Source of the DNA: Macrostomum lignano
Lineage: Eukaryota
DNA length: 64,000 bases
NCBI GenBank assembly: GCA_002269645.1
Contig: NIVC01000215.1
Span: forward strand, 434,001-498,000
Reading direction: 5' to 3'
Position 1 is the first letter of the stretch. Each line of letters opens with the position of its first letter. The notes beneath the pieces are model-generated. The model had not been told where the DNA came from, did no database searches, and was given only the letters and a program-made list of their open reading frames with translations. A program made the translations under genes and the position numbers. Positions 62,101-64,000 of the stretch are shown here, one piece after another.

Positions 62101-63964
62101 AATAGACAACAAACAAATTTAAACACGAACTCTCAGCAAACCTTCATATGCTGACTCAGCCGCAAGCCTTCAAGGCAGACCTCTGCCACAGTGGCCTGCA
62201 TTGCCTGATCCATGTCGCCCGAGATGAACTGCACCGAGTGGCCGGAGTTTTCCTCGGGTCCCGAACTGCCTGCCGCCGATTTGGCCTGCAATTCTTGACG
62301 CCTAAAATGGCGATTGAAAAAATTACAGTAGTAAATCAAAATTTCAATAAAATCATCAGGCATGGACACTCCCAGCGCCTAGGGAGTTGGCGCATCTAAG
62401 AAAAGTTTCTTTTTGAAGCAAAAATTTATAAATAATAACCATAGAAGATAAAAACTTGCATGCTTTCAACATTGAGCCCGAGGGTGTCGCAAAACGACTG
62501 CAGATCGATCAGGCCGCTGTTATCGCTGTCCAATATTCGCATCCACTTCTGCGGTTTCAGGGGCGAGGAAAGGCGCATTGATTGTTGTGCATGGAAACTG
62601 CACGGAGACAGGCACTGAGACAGGCACTGAGACAGGCACTGAGACAGGCACTGAGACAGGCACTGAGACAGGCACTGAGACAGGCACTGAGACAGGCACT
62701 GAGACAGGCACTGAGACAGGCACTGAGACAGGCACTGAGACAGGCACTGAGACAGGCACTGAGACAGGCACTGAGACAGGCACTGAGACAGGCACTGAGA
62801 CAGGCACTGAGACAGGCACTGAGACAGGCACTGAGACAGACACTGAGACAGGCACTGAGACAGGCACTGAGACAGGCACTGAGACAGACACTGAGACAGG
62901 CACTGAGACAGGCACTGAGACAGGCACTGAGACAGGCACTGAGACAGGCACTGAGACAGGCACTGAGACAGGCACTGAGACAGGCACTGAGACAGGCACT
63001 GAGACAGGCACTGAGACAGGCACTGAGACAGGCACTGAGACAGGCACTGAGACAGGCACTGAGACAGGCACTGAGACAGGCACTGAGACAGGCACTGAGA
63101 CAGGCACTGAGACAGGCACTGAGACAGGCACTGAGACAGGCACTGAGACAGGCACTGAGACAGGCACTGAGACAGGCACTGAGACAGACACTGAGACAGG
63201 CACTGAGACAGGCACTGAGACAGGCACTGAGACAGGCACTGAGACAGGCACTGAGACAGGCACTGAGACAGGCCCTGAGACAGGCACTGAGACAGGCACT
63301 GAGACAGGCACTGAGACAGGCACTGAGACAGGCACTGAGACAGGCACTGAGACAGGCACTGAGACAGACACTGAGACAGGCACTGAGACAGGCACTGAGA
63401 CAGGCACTGAGACAGGCACTGAGACAGGCACTGAGACAGGCACTGAGACAGGCCCTGAGACAGGCACTGAGACAGGCACTGAGACAGGCACTGAGACAGG
63501 CACTGAGACAGGCACTGAGACAGGCACTGAGACAGGCACTGAGACAGGCACTGAGACAGGCACTGAGACAGGCACTGAGACAGGCACTGGGGCAGACACT
63601 GAGACAGGCACTGAGACAGGCACTGAGACAGGCACTGAGACAGGCACTGAGACAGGCACTGAGACAGGCACTGAGACAGGCACTGAGACAGGCACTGAGA
63701 CAGGCACTGAGACAGGCACTGAGACAGGCACTGAGACAGGCACTGAGACAGGCACTGAGACAGGCACTGGGGCAGACACTGAGACAGGCACTGAGACAGG
63801 CACTGAGACAGGCACTGAGACAGACAAAGACGCAGACAAAGACTCACCCGCACAAAGCTGTCATCGCTGCCCTGCTGCTTCATGTAGGCGGCCAAATCGT
63901 TAGTGGCGATTGCGCCTCGACCTTCACGATCCACGGCCAGCCAGGCGTCCTTGAACCCGTCCAT
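59165..63964 (-). CDS. EF-hand + dynein light chain-like protein (tegument allergen-like, TAL family)
   Basis: Exons 63964-63848, 62548-62460, 62301-62142, 59335-59165 (178 aa). EF-hand loops [12 protein letters not shown] and [13 protein letters not shown]-terminal DLC domain [54 protein letters not shown], read directly from the minus strand because it is not in the ORF track. Confidence 0.88.
59632..60270. repeat. 16-bp minisatellite, TAL intron 3
   Basis: Unit TATCTATGATCAATCG. Confidence 0.95.
60610..61378 (+). pseudogene. NHL-repeat (beta-propeller) pseudogene nested antisense in TAL intron 3
   Basis: The last piece [31 protein letters not shown] matches the NHL consensus. Upstream pieces ([37 protein letters not shown]) are broken by in-frame stops (~60873, ~61100) and frameshifts. 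Confidence 0.65.
61610..62065. repeat. GCAGTGATGAT-type low-complexity array, TAL intron 3
   Basis: Direct inspection. Confidence 0.9.
62606..63835. repeat. 12-bp minisatellite, ~100 copies, TAL intron 1
   Basis: Unit GAGACAGGCACT (sense strand TGCCTGTCTCAG). Confidence 0.97.
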
Positions 63965-64000
63965 TTAGAAGTCTTTGTCGTAGTATTATTTTGTTAACGA

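Noticed and set aside
62520-63997. (ETG T)n, (RQAL)n and (VPVS)n ORFs as structural proteins
   Set aside because: All are alternative-frame readings of the 12-bp intronic array.
1-64000. tRNA, rRNA, snRNA genes or a functionally linked gene cluster
   Set aside because: No recognisable RNA gene was seen by eye, and the six genes share no pathway or operon-like arrangement.

Overview
Eukaryotic genomic DNA, not prokaryotic: GC-rich spliced exons separated by introns filled with tandem repeats. The gene content (an EF-hand + dynein-light-chain TAL-type gene) and this architecture suggest a flatworm, possibly Macrostomum-like; that assignment is inference. Six spliced protein-coding genes can be rebuilt by hand from splice sites and reading phase: PPIP5K/Vip1 (+, 5'-partial), a beta-lactamase-fold protein with degenerate catalytic motifs (-), a SEPT2-group septin (+), PSAT1 (+), a divergent tetraspanin (+), and a TAL-like EF-hand/DLC protein (-) whose DLC exon is missing from the ORF track. 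There is also an NHL-repeat pseudogene nested antisense in a TAL intron. Mobile DNA includes a split Penelope-like retroelement, decayed hAT and piggyBac copies, a 2.2-kb TG..CA element with a 4-bp TSD (probable solo LTR), a 66-bp MITE with an 8-bp TSD, and a duplicated 114-bp poly(A) retro-insert. About 30 distinct tandem arrays are present, most of them intronic. Several carry splice-site mimics, and one demonstrably contains copies of the real exon/intron junction. Most long ORFs in the track are translation artefacts of these arrays.
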